A DNA stretch of 64,000 bases, from contig CAXXPL010000011.1 of the NCBI GenBank assembly GCA_963674665.2, positions 80,567 through 144,566 on the forward strand, in the 5' to 3' direction. Numbering within the stretch: position 1 is the stretch's first letter; each line of letters opens with the position of its first letter. Below are positions 10,373-19,096 of this stretch, one piece after another. The position numbers and the translations under genes were made by a program. Under the pieces are notes generated by a model. That model was not told the origin of the DNA. It ran no database searches and worked only from the letters and a program-made list of their open reading frames with translations. The stretch is from Desulfovibrionaceae bacterium (lineage in GTDB: Bacteria > Desulfobacterota > Desulfovibrionia > Desulfovibrionales > Desulfovibrionaceae).

Positions 10373-11225
10373 GGAACTCCGCGACCTGGAATTCGACCAC
10401 CTGCGCCGGTACATCCACAATCTCTGTGGCCTCTACATCCAGGATGAGAAGCGCTATCTCATCCACCAGCGGCTGGGCGAGCTGGTGGACTCCGTCGGCT
10501 GCGGAAGTTTCGACGAATTCTACAAGCTGCTGGAGGAGCGCCCCTCGCAGGAGCTGCACGACCAGATCATCGCCGCAATGACCACAAACGAGACATCGTT
10601 CTTCCGCGATGGTCACCCCTTTGATTGCTTTGCCAGGAACCTTCTGCCCAAGCTGGCCGACCGCCTGCGCATGGAGTACGCCGCCGGGAGATCGCCCGAG
10701 CCTGTCCGCATCTGGTCCACGGCCGTATCCACTGGGCAGGAGGCTTACAGCCTCGCCATCCTGGTGCGAGAGTACGTCGACGCCCACCCGGGCTTTGCCG
10801 GGTCGCTCAAGGATTTCTACATCCTGGCCACGGACATATCCTCAAGGGTGCTGCAACGCGCCGACACCGGAGTGTTCAACGAGGTCGAGGTTACACGCGG
10901 TCTGTCGCCGGCGCGTTTGAAAAGGTTCTTCAGCAAGAACGAGCGGGTGTGGGAGATCGACGAGGGGCTGCGCAAGATGGTGGACTTCCGCAAAATGAAC
11001 CTGACGCGCCCCTATGGTATTTACGCGGAGTTCGATGTGATCTTCTGCCGCAACGTTTTGATATATTTTGATGACGACACCAAGAGGACCATCGCGGAGC
11101 TTCTCCACAGGCGGCTGCGGGAAGACGGAGCCCTGGTGCTGGGCAGCGCCGAGAACCTCTACAACATCACCGACAAGTTCCACTCGGAGCAGTTGAACGG
11201 CTCCATCGTCTACCGGAAGAACTGA
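10362..11225 (+). CDS. cheR: Chemotaxis protein methyltransferase CheR
   Basis: The track ORF starts at 10230 inside cheB. The ATG at 10362 (MAPKELRDLEFDHLRRYIH) overlaps the cheB stop by 11 nt. Motifs are TTNETSFFRD, RIWSTAVSTGQEAYSLAIL and FCRNVLIYFD. Confidence 0.9.
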   Translation: MAPKELRDLEFDHLRRYIHNLCGLYIQDEKRYLIHQRLGELVDSVGCGSFDEFYKLLEERPSQELHDQIIAAMTTNETSFFRDGHPFDCFARNLLPKLADRLRMEYAAGRSPEPVRIWSTAVSTGQEAYSLAILVREYVDAHPGFAGSLKDFYILATDISSRVLQRADTGVFNEVEVTRGLSPARLKRFFSKNERVWEIDEGLRKMVDFRKMNLTRPYGIYAEFDVIFCRNVLIYFDDDTKRTIAELLHRRLREDGALVLGSAENLYNITDKFHSEQLNGSIVYRKN

Positions 11226-11786
11226 GTTTCCGGCCGGTTCCTTTCAATGAGTTTTCCGGGGGGGAGGGGGGAAGCCTTTCCTGGGGGTAGATCTTTCACA
11301 CCGGGATGATCCGATCAGGTGGAATCATTTCTCATGAAATACGAACCACAATACATCGCGGAATCAACCCTTGCGCTTTTCGGTGCGGAGCGTGTTGCGT
11401 TGGCCATGTCGGCGATAGTGACCATGCCCCGCACGGTGTCGAGATTCCACTGACTGGGAAGCGTAATTCATCGTTCGGGGTGATGTCGACATGAAAGAAT
11501 GTGTCATCCCGGAGCGGGCCTTTGGTTCCGGTATCGTTTCTGGCAAATCCGCCAAGCGCTGCATTCAGACCCACGGCGACATTAGACCGCTTGGAGAGCG
11601 GATGAACAAGGCAAATATGTGTCAAAATTTATGACAGGTATTTCGCGAAGCTTTACGTTTCTTTACAAAATGTCCGGTGGTGTGGGGGGAAGGAGGCGCG
11701 AGCCCCCCTCCTACCCGATGCAAACGAGTTGATTGGTACCCGCATGTTGATAGTTTTACACGCGAATGTTCCCGCCGAAATGCGGA

Positions 11787-12869
11787 CTACTGCTTCTCAG
11801 TCGCCCTGGTCAACTCGGATACGTTGGACTTGGTGAAGAAGCCGTCGAACCCGTCGTAGCGGTGAATGTATTCGTTGACCAGGAAGGTGTGGGGCGACAT
11901 TTGCGAAAACGTCTGCTTAAGCCCCTCCTCGCGCGAGCCCACCAGCTCCAGCAGAAAGCCCATGCCGTCGTCCTTGAGGGCCTGGAACGTGGCGTCGATG
12001 TCACTGGTGTTGAAGGCCAGGTGATGCACGCGCAGGCCGAAGTTGTGAATGAACCGCTCGGTGGGGCCCGAGGTCTCCAGGGATTCGAAGGGCTTGATGC
12101 CCGAGGTGAACACCTGGGCATAGTCGTCCAGTGAGAGCCTGGCCACGTTGGTGATGGAATTCAGGGACTCCACGTATACGGCAAAGGCGAAGTCGTAGTT
12201 GGTGAGCAGCATGAACTCGATGATGGCGTCGTCGCGCTCCGGTGCGCGGACGCGAGTGGCGCTGTGGTCCAGCTCCATGATGTGACGCAGGTGCGCCAGG
12301 GCGGGTTTGGGGAATTTCCAATCCAGAGGGGCGCAGCCGTCGGTAAGATACTGGCCACGCTTGCCATGCCACTGGATGAAGCCCAGAGAGTTTCCCGTGA
12401 ACCTGGAGGGCTCGGTCTGGATGAATGAATAGGTTGGAGTGCGCTGGATCTCCTGGGTCAGGAAGCGGACCCCCCGGGTCTGCTGCAGGGTCACGTAGCG
12501 CTCCAGGTCGTTGGCGCGGTAGACAAAGGTCTCCAGGCGGTTGTCCGGGAGGTCTTCGGATTTGGGCCCCGTGTTGTAGTGCACAAAGGGGTTGGGGCCG
12601 GATTTCCTGGTCTTCACGATGAAGTCGGCGCAACCCTCGCGTTGGAGGAGACAAGCGGTTTGCGCATCGTCCTCCCAGGCCTGCAGGAAGTCCAGACCCG
12701 TGTATCGCAGCAGTTCCTCCACGGCCTGGGGCAGATCCTCCTGCCGCACGTTGATGATCACGGTCTCGAGGCCGCCCACCAGGCCCTCGAGACCGGCGTC
12801 CCGACGTTCCTGGCGCGCCTGGTCCACGCGTTCCAGAAGGCGTTTATCGTCGTTCACGAACTCGGTCAT
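11787..12869 (-). CDS. 4-hydroxyphenylpyruvate dioxygenase-like (VOC superfamily) protein
   Basis: A GGAGAG RBS precedes the ATG at 12869 (MTEFVNDDKRL). Candidate His/His/Glu metal ligands sit in HPPD-like contexts: ELDHSATRV, GLRVHHLAFNTSDI, and FLVNEYIHRYDGFDGFFTKSNVSEL (compare the F.E.IqR.g..GFG.gNf tail). Confidence 0.6.
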   Translation of the reverse strand: MTEFVNDDKRLLERVDQARQERRDAGLEGLVGGLETVIINVRQEDLPQAVEELLRYTGLDFLQAWEDDAQTACLLQREGCADFIVKTRKSGPNPFVHYNTGPKSEDLPDNRLETFVYRANDLERYVTLQQTRGVRFLTQEIQRTPTYSFIQTEPSRFTGNSLGFIQWHGKRGQYLTDGCAPLDWKFPKPALAHLRHIMELDHSATRVRAPERDDAIIEFMLLTNYDFAFAVYVESLNSITNVARLSLDDYAQVFTSGIKPFESLETSGPTERFIHNFGLRVHHLAFNTSDIDATFQALKDDGMGFLLELVGSREEGLKQTFSQMSPHTFLVNEYIHRYDGFDGFFTKSNVSELTRATEKQ

Positions 12870-12906
12870 TCTCTCTCTCCGGGATATTCGTGGTTTCGTC
12901 CGAGGT

Positions 12907-15894
12907 TCAGGCCAGTCCAAGGTCCTCGCTGGTCAGAAATTTGCGGCCGGTGTTGCGCAGGATGTGCGCGATATCCTCCCTCTGTTCGATGCGGCTGCGG
13001 TCCAGCCCGGCCAGGAATAATGCCAGACGTTTTTCCTGCCGCAGATAGGCCCTTGCGATCTCGTCCGGGGAGCGCCGCTGGCTTATACGCTGCAACCAGC
13101 CCACGCCCTCGGCGTAGACGATGCGGGAGGCCGCGTGAGCCGCAACAAGGGCGTACTGATGCCGGCGGGGTACGTTGCGCAGCATCTCCTCGCGGAACTT
13201 CTCCCGCAGCACAGCCGGGCAGTACGAGAGATAGAGTTCGGCCAGCTCAGGATCGTCGGCAACCGGGGTGTTCTGTTGGCAGAGCGCCTCGTTGAAGGCG
13301 TCGGTCACCGTGTTGATCTCCTTGGAGAGCTGGAGCGTGATCTGGGTGAGCGGAACGTTTCCGCCATGGGAGCGATGCTCCCGCAGCATGAGCCGTCCCT
13401 CGTCGCGTGCTCGTATTTCCAGGATGGAGAGCACCTCGGCCACGTAGCGCTTCTTGATGGACATGAAGCGTTTCTCGCCCAGGGCCAACCCGGCCAGGAT
13501 CTCGTAGGAGGAGCAGATCACGCCGGTCTTGTTTGCGGAGGAGCCGTGGACGATGAGCACACCGTGCTCCTGGAGCTTGTCCCGTGCCTCCGGGGAGATG
13601 AATATGTTGGCCCCCTCCACCACGGCGCGGGCCGCTGGCGTGCCGTCCGCATGGATGAATGCGTGCCAGTTCTTCATGTTGATAGTCTCGGGGCGCCCCC
13701 CGGAGGGGATGAACAGATCGGCCCGGACCATGTTGTGCAGTGTGTTGCGGCGTTTCACGTTCTCCGGGGTGTCTGCGGGAAGGACAAAGGCGTCGCCCCC
13801 GGAAAGCCTGCCCGCGTCGAAGTCCGTGATGGGCAGCTCCTCCATGATCAGCCGCGTGAGCTCTCCATGGTCCAGGCCCTTCGAATCGTATGCGCAACCA
13901 TGGCCGTCGGCCATGGTCAGGATGCGGGCGTTGCTCCCGTATTTCTCCATGAGCAGCTTTACCGCGTTTCCGGCCACATCGCCGCGCGGCCCCCCGGTGA
14001 AGGATACGCTGAAGGGCGTGGTGAGGGGGTCGATACCCAGGTACCGCAGGATCTCCTCGGCAAAGACGATAACGCCCAGGCTGGTGACGCCGTACTCCTT
14101 ATGGTTGATGCCGGCGCCGGGCTTGGAGCTCATGAAGGCGTCGGGCCATGGGTAGCCGCGAGCCCTGGCTCTCTCCACTATCCAGGTGATGTGCTCCGGA
14201 GTGATGTGCTCGTCCGGCCCCAGGTAGATGATCTCCTCGCGCTCCAGGTAGTCTCGGACCTGGGGCAGGGTGCGGCTGTTCTCCCCCTGAAGGAGCAGGT
14301 CGAGCATGGAGTCCACCATGCCCTTCACAGCCAGGTCCATGTCGCCTTCGGGGCCGAGAAGCAGCACGGCCTTTGCGCCCCCTTCAGGGATATCCTTGTT
14401 CTTGAGTTGCTGCGCCCAGGCCAGATTGGTGACCTCGTCGAACAGACGGTTGGACTCGAGTTCGAACTGTTCCTGGGTGCGGGTGGTGACCACGCGCATT
14501 CCGCCGCGCGCCATTTCCCGGTAGCGCACGTGAAACCCCTGGGCATAGGCCCCGTGGTAGAAGTAGATGCCGTAGGGTTCCTCCTGCTCCCCAAAGCCGG
14601 GCATGCGCCGCAGAAAGGCGGGGTCGAGCCGGAAGCACAGGCCGTGGGGCGCGGGGAGGAAATAGTTGGTGCGCAGGGTGTGCTTGAAAAAGGTGAACAG
14701 GCAGAACAGTGTGGCGCGGGCTATCTCGTGCTCCACAGCCTCGATGCGGGCGGACAGCTCCTGCTCCATGGCCGCGGAGGCCTCGGGAGCGTCGGGGCGC
14801 GACGGATCGAAGCGGGTGAGAAAATAGTCCGTGACCAGCTCGCACTCCTCGCTGTGCGCCAGCAGGGCGCGGGTGATGTTGTCCGAGGAGAATCCCCAGA
14901 GGTTGCGCTTGAGCAGGAACTGGTGGGCGAACTCCGCACCCGCCTGGATCAGCATGACGCGCTTGAGTGGCCAGCCGCGCTGGTCCGCGAAGCTCTCCAG
15001 GGCGTGCTTGGCGAAAAGCCATTTGAGCAGGGAGAGTTCACGCCTGAGGCGTTGCCAGAGTTCGGATTTCTCGTCCAAAGGCCTGCCTTCGAAGCAGACG
15101 TAAAAGCTGATTATGCCAATGGGGCGCTTTTTGCCATTGGGGCACAGGCTAAAGGTGTCGGCATACCCCCTGTGCACGGTGACCCCTTCGCGGCCGAGGA
15201 TCTTCACTGCCTGGAAGAGCAGTCCGCGTGACGGGGGATCCACCATGGCCAGGCTGATGCGGCTTTCCCCCTTGTCCGGCTGCGGCTCCAGGTCTATGGC
15301 CACGGCCTCGCGGCATTCCAGCATGCGGGCCAGGCGGAAGTGCCTGTCCGCGCGAACGGGTTCGAACTTGTCCACGTAGTCTTCACTGGCGCCGGAAATG
15401 AACACGGAAAAGGCCTTGTCCTGGTCCGGGGTCCAGTCCTGTGGCCAGAGTGGCGGGGTGCGGCGGTATTCACGCATGGCGGCCATGGCCTTGCGAAAGG
15501 CTGCGCCCTTCTTGTCCGGGCGGGGTTGGGGCGCCAGCAGCACGGTGTCCAGGCGTAGGCGGCCGTCCAAGGAGGTGTAGAAGCGGGCATTGACTATGTC
15601 GAAGCGGAGGTTGCGCCCCAGCATGTTCGCCAGGGCATCAGGGGAACCGGGCGACAGGTAGGTATAGCGGGTGTCGCAGTGGCTGCGCAGGGTCATGGTC
15701 TGATTTTCCGTGAGCACCTGGCCGGAGAGCAGGGCCTTGAGATGGCGCAACTGTTCCTCCATGGTGTGGGTACGGAAGTAATACTCGGGCATGTTCTCAA
15801 GGAACCAGGGGGTGAAGTCGGCTGCGCTCTTCCGAAGGTCGTTGCGGAGTTTGTTCAGGACACGAGTGGTGTAGGGGCGCTCCTCGTTGGACAT
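12907..15894 (-). CDS. Large NAD-specific glutamate dehydrogenase (about 1000-aa class)
   Basis: 995 aa. The central Glu/Leu/Phe/Val-dehydrogenase-like catalytic region reads KGGMRV-type ARGGMRVV, IPEGGAKAV, GPDEHITPE, INHKEYGVTSLGV and FTGGPRGDVAGNAV. It has the long N- and C-terminal extensions typical of large GDHs. Confidence 0.8.
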   Translation of the reverse strand: MSNEERPYTTRVLNKLRNDLRKSAADFTPWFLENMPEYYFRTHTMEEQLRHLKALLSGQVLTENQTMTLRSHCDTRYTYLSPGSPDALANMLGRNLRFDIVNARFYTSLDGRLRLDTVLLAPQPRPDKKGAAFRKAMAAMREYRRTPPLWPQDWTPDQDKAFSVFISGASEDYVDKFEPVRADRHFRLARMLECREAVAIDLEPQPDKGESRISLAMVDPPSRGLLFQAVKILGREGVTVHRGYADTFSLCPNGKKRPIGIISFYVCFEGRPLDEKSELWQRLRRELSLLKWLFAKHALESFADQRGWPLKRVMLIQAGAEFAHQFLLKRNLWGFSSDNITRALLAHSEECELVTDYFLTRFDPSRPDAPEASAAMEQELSARIEAVEHEIARATLFCLFTFFKHTLRTNYFLPAPHGLCFRLDPAFLRRMPGFGEQEEPYGIYFYHGAYAQGFHVRYREMARGGMRVVTTRTQEQFELESNRLFDEVTNLAWAQQLKNKDIPEGGAKAVLLLGPEGDMDLAVKGMVDSMLDLLLQGENSRTLPQVRDYLEREEIIYLGPDEHITPEHITWIVERARARGYPWPDAFMSSKPGAGINHKEYGVTSLGVIVFAEEILRYLGIDPLTTPFSVSFTGGPRGDVAGNAVKLLMEKYGSNARILTMADGHGCAYDSKGLDHGELTRLIMEELPITDFDAGRLSGGDAFVLPADTPENVKRRNTLHNMVRADLFIPSGGRPETINMKNWHAFIHADGTPAARAVVEGANIFISPEARDKLQEHGVLIVHGSSANKTGVICSSYEILAGLALGEKRFMSIKKRYVAEVLSILEIRARDEGRLMLREHRSHGGNVPLTQITLQLSKEINTVTDAFNEALCQQNTPVADDPELAELYLSYCPAVLREKFREEMLRNVPRRHQYALVAAHAASRIVYAEGVGWLQRISQRRSPDEIARAYLRQEKRLALFLAGLDRSRIEQREDIAHILRNTGRKFLTSEDLGLA

Positions 15895-16182
15895 GTGCCG
15901 CTCCTTGTCGATGTAGGTTCGGGCTTATTGAGGTTCTGCGCAAGCATAACCCAAAAGGAAACAAAAACCCAACACAAGAACGTGAACCTTCGAGGATGAC
16001 ATCGTTACCGGGACTGCGAGGTGAACACGTGGAATGCCTCCACATCCCGGCAAGACTGTATTGCCTGTGTGGCGGCCGGCCGGTCAAGGCCTTTCAGGAG
16101 GGAAAACCAGACCATGGCGGCGGGTTCGAATTGCATTGGCAACGCAAGACACACGGCAGGGATGAAATCGGTCGGAAAAGGG

Positions 16183-16557
16183 TTACTCCCCCATATACTG
16201 CAAGGTGACGGACTCGGGGAGAAGTTTCATGACCTTGAACGAATGCCCCTGAAGGGAGAAAAGTGTATCCGCCCCCTCTCCCTGAAAGGGGATGAACAGG
16301 TTCATGGCGCCTTGCTGCCTGGCCACTCCGATGCTGAAACTTCCACTGGCGGGGATGCCCGCATAGTAGAGGCAAAGGGGCTTGCAGTTCCATTTTTTAT
16401 TCTTGAGACAGAACTCGTCTCCGAGCTTGATGGTGTGCTCGCTGCCCACGAACTCGTCGTAGCAGCCGGCAAGGGCGGAAGACGTGAAAAACCCCGCGCA
16501 AAGGAGACAGAGCAGACATACGACCGGTGGAAGAGAAGCAAACAAAGCTGTTTTCAT
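16183..16557 (-). CDS. Small Cys-containing secreted/lipoprotein-like hypothetical protein
   Basis: 124 aa. Signal peptide MKTALFASLPPVVCLLCLLCAGFFTSSALAGC with a lipobox-like LAGC. No recognised domain. Confidence 0.45.
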   Translation of the reverse strand: MKTALFASLPPVVCLLCLLCAGFFTSSALAGCYDEFVGSEHTIKLGDEFCLKNKKWNCKPLCLYYAGIPASGSFSIGVARQQGAMNLFIPFQGEGADTLFSLQGHSFKVMKLLPESVTLQYMGE

Positions 16558-16565
16558 GGCAAGAT

Positions 16566-16940
16566 TCAGTTCCCGGAGTTGTCCAAAAGGCGTTGCAATT
16601 CGCTAACGGTGCAGTCCAGTTCCTGTTCGAATTTGATACCCCATTCGCGTCCTTCCATCCAGCGAATTTCAGAGCGTATGGGGGCTTCCGGAGCGGTTAT
16701 TTCCGCAAGGGATTGCAACTGCAAGAGGATTTCCACGTACTTGCCGGGAACAAGGGGGGCATTGGCGTTCTGGAGTTGCAGACGGGCTCCTGCGGGGGTG
16801 ACGTCTATGAGTCTTGCCGTTCTGCGCGATCCGTTGAGCAGAATGTCGCAGAAGTGATTGTAGCCGTAAGCCTTGAGTGAAATACGCACGTACTTGCGGC
16901 GGTCGTCTCCCATGGCCTGGATATTGTTTTGTATGGACAT
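16566..16940 (-). CDS. PilZ domain protein (c-di-GMP binding)
   Basis: 124 aa. RRKYVR (RxxxR-type) is followed by DVTPAGARLQL (D/NxSxxG-type). GGAG lies upstream of the ATG. Confidence 0.7.
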   Translation of the reverse strand: MSIQNNIQAMGDDRRKYVRISLKAYGYNHFCDILLNGSRRTARLIDVTPAGARLQLQNANAPLVPGKYVEILLQLQSLAEITAPEAPIRSEIRWMEGREWGIKFEQELDCTVSELQRLLDNSGN

Positions 16941-17138
16941 GAAGGAGGCTCCTTAAGAAAAAGGGAAAAGAGTCAATTTGGACAATTATAGCATGGAGTC
17001 GATGTCGCGTCCATTGATGATCGATAAAAAACGTGAAGCAATGCTAAGGTGACACTGCCAAAGGCGTGCAGTGTAAATCAATACTTAACTTATTCGCGCT
17101 TCCTTAAATTCCATAGAAAATATTATTCAGTCTATGCG

Positions 17139-17472
17139 TTACCGCCCTTGCATGGCGTCGATAACCGTTTCTATGGCATCCAGGATACGTCTCTTGGGGT
17201 TGTCCTTGCAAATGGATCCAACGACTTCCCCCAGCCCTTCCCATCGATCCGGAGTAAAGGTGTCGATATTGCTCTTCCCGACGTAGTATTCGTCGACCCA
17301 TACCAGGATGATGCCCACCACGGCCTTGTCCCTTGCCACGAGTTCGCCGCAGGTGAGTTCGCGGATGTCCACGGTGAGGGGAAGGGGAGCCGCCGGAGAG
17401 GGAATCCGCCATGGCCGGGGCAACGAAAAGGAGCACGAGAGCGATCTTGACGTACTGAGGGATTGTTCGCAT
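17139..17472 (-). pseudogene. HdeA/HdeB-like periplasmic protein, reading frame broken just after the signal peptide
   Basis: ATG at 17472 gives signal peptide MRTIPQYVKIALVLLFVAPAMADSLSGG, then junk. A different frame (shift within CCCCTTCCCCTC, about 17385-17400) gives LPLTVDIRELTCGELVARDKAVVGIILVWVDEYYVGKSNIDTFTPDRWEGLGEVVGSICKDNPKRRILDAIETVIDAMQGR ending at 17139. Confidence 0.5.
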
Positions 17473-18413
17473 GGGATACCCCCGGTGGATGCTTTAAAAA
17501 TGTTTCGGCGCAAGGTTCATGTGTTGAAAAAAGTGCCATAGTGTATCCTGAAACAAAGATGGTCGCAATGAGTTGTGGAGGAGGGCATGCTCTCATGCCA
17601 TTGGCGTAAGGGATGGTGTTTTGAAATTGAAGTTGATGTTGTGCAAAATGCTGACAAGTTGCGCACCAATGATTTGGTAATGGTATATGTCCAGAGGACG
17701 CTGAAAAGAATATAGATCTGTAACTGGCTGATGATGGTAATGGATCTGGATGAATCTTTGTGAGGCGGCAACTACGAATATCAGGAAAAGAAGTCCCGAA
17801 ATGGAGTGGAAATACTTGAATTGCTGCTGAACCAGTGGACAGAAAGCAGCTTATCTGGGATAATAAATATTAAAAAGAACTGTGTTGACAAGGGGATCAA
17901 CCGCCAGCCGTGTTGCCTGCGGCAGCAATGACAGACACGCGGGAGAATGAAATGACGGTAACGGGATCAGTGGTCGCAAGTTTCGTGACACGTAACGATG
18001 ACATGCCCGGAACAATTCGAAACATTCGTGTTGCCATCGGTGATCAGGGGCGGGAGGGGGTCACGTCCAAAACAGTTCGCCTCGAGGCCTGTGGAACTCT
18101 TTTACTGCAGGGGTTTCAAATCCTCGGGAAACGGAGGCGGGGCCGACTTGACCTGCGGAGTGCGGGAATGAACTCCTGACATCGTTTCCCCGGAGATGAC
18201 AGCATTGTATTTCTCAGGGTCCTTGGGCGGTACTGCCGCGCCACTATTCGTTCCAACTTCCCGCCCCACAGGAAGTAGTCTCTTCGATGCAAAATTGACA
18301 AAAGCGTTTTCTTGACAAGGCCGTTACAAGGGGGCATCCAATCGGGGTTTTCTTTTGCCATTGGGGGAGGCCCGATCGTTGACCTTGGCCATTCACTTTA
18401 CCTAGGAGGAAGC

Positions 18414-19088
18414 ATGGCTCCGTACACCGCCGAAAACTTGGTGCAGGCACCCAAGCCGGGTACGCAAGCGGCCTGGTTGGATTGGCTGCAAATGCTGACC
18501 GGAGCGGCGTTGATTCTGTTCATGTGGTCGCACATGATCCTGGTGTCCAGCGTGTTATTGGGGGCTGGCGCCATGAATGCGCTGGCATGGTTTTTTGAAG
18601 CCACGGGCATGGCCCAGGTGGGCGGTCCGTTGATTGGACTCGGCTTTTTGCTGCACTTCGTGCTGGCATCCCGCAAGGTGCCGTTCCGGGTGGAGCACCA
18701 GCGCCTGATCTGGCGCCAGGCCAAGATGCTCAGACACAAGGATACCTGGCTGTGGTTGGTCCAGGCCGGGACCGCGATGATCGTCCTGATCATGGGCGCG
18801 GCGCACATGTGGGTGGTGCTCACCGACCTGCCCATCACCGCGGCCAAGAGCGCCGCCCGTATCCAGCATTGGCCCTGGTTGCTGTTCTACCTGGTGCTGC
18901 TGCCCATGGTGGAGCTGCACGTGAGTGTCGGTTTCTACCGGATAGGCGTGAAATGGGGCTTCATCAAGCGGGCCAACCGGGCCAAGGGCAAGAAGATAGA
19001 GAAGATCCTGCTGACCATTTTCCTGACCATCGGGTTCCTGACCTTGATTCGCTTCCTGACCTTAAGCACGGCCGTGACAACCGGATAG
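18414..19088 (+). CDS. frdC: Fumarate reductase/succinate dehydrogenase dihaem cytochrome b subunit (Wolinella type)
   Basis: An AGGAGGA RBS precedes the ATG at 18414 (MAPYTAENL). The protein has five hydrophobic helices with His residues (MWSHMILV, LLHFVLASRK, GAAHMWVV, VELHVSVGFYR). Gene order is C-A-B. Confidence 0.8.
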   Translation: MAPYTAENLVQAPKPGTQAAWLDWLQMLTGAALILFMWSHMILVSSVLLGAGAMNALAWFFEATGMAQVGGPLIGLGFLLHFVLASRKVPFRVEHQRLIWRQAKMLRHKDTWLWLVQAGTAMIVLIMGAAHMWVVLTDLPITAAKSAARIQHWPWLLFYLVLLPMVELHVSVGFYRIGVKWGFIKRANRAKGKKIEKILLTIFLTIGFLTLIRFLTLSTAVTTG

Positions 19089-19096
19089 GGGGAGCC

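Noticed and set aside
11332-11625. 97-aa minus-strand ORF in the cheR/HPPD intergenic region
   Set aside because: It has no RBS or motif and may be a gene remnant. There is insufficient evidence.
13135-15231. 698-aa plus-strand ORF
   Set aside because: It is antisense to the large GDH gene, shows the same GC-driven artefact pattern, and has no recognisable domain.
17885-17900. FNR/CRP-like site TTGACAAGGGGATCAA upstream of frdC
   Set aside because: The half-sites are imperfect and separated by 6 nt rather than 4 nt. The site is about 500 nt from the frdC start, and I cannot assess conservation.
17910-18179. 89-aa plus-strand ORF in the frd leader
   Set aside because: It has no RBS or recognisable family and lies in a likely regulatory leader.
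18296-18330. Two TTGACA hexamers upstream of frdC as promoters
   Set aside because: No acceptable -10 hexamer lies at 16-18 nt spacing, and promoter rules for this lineage are poorly defined.
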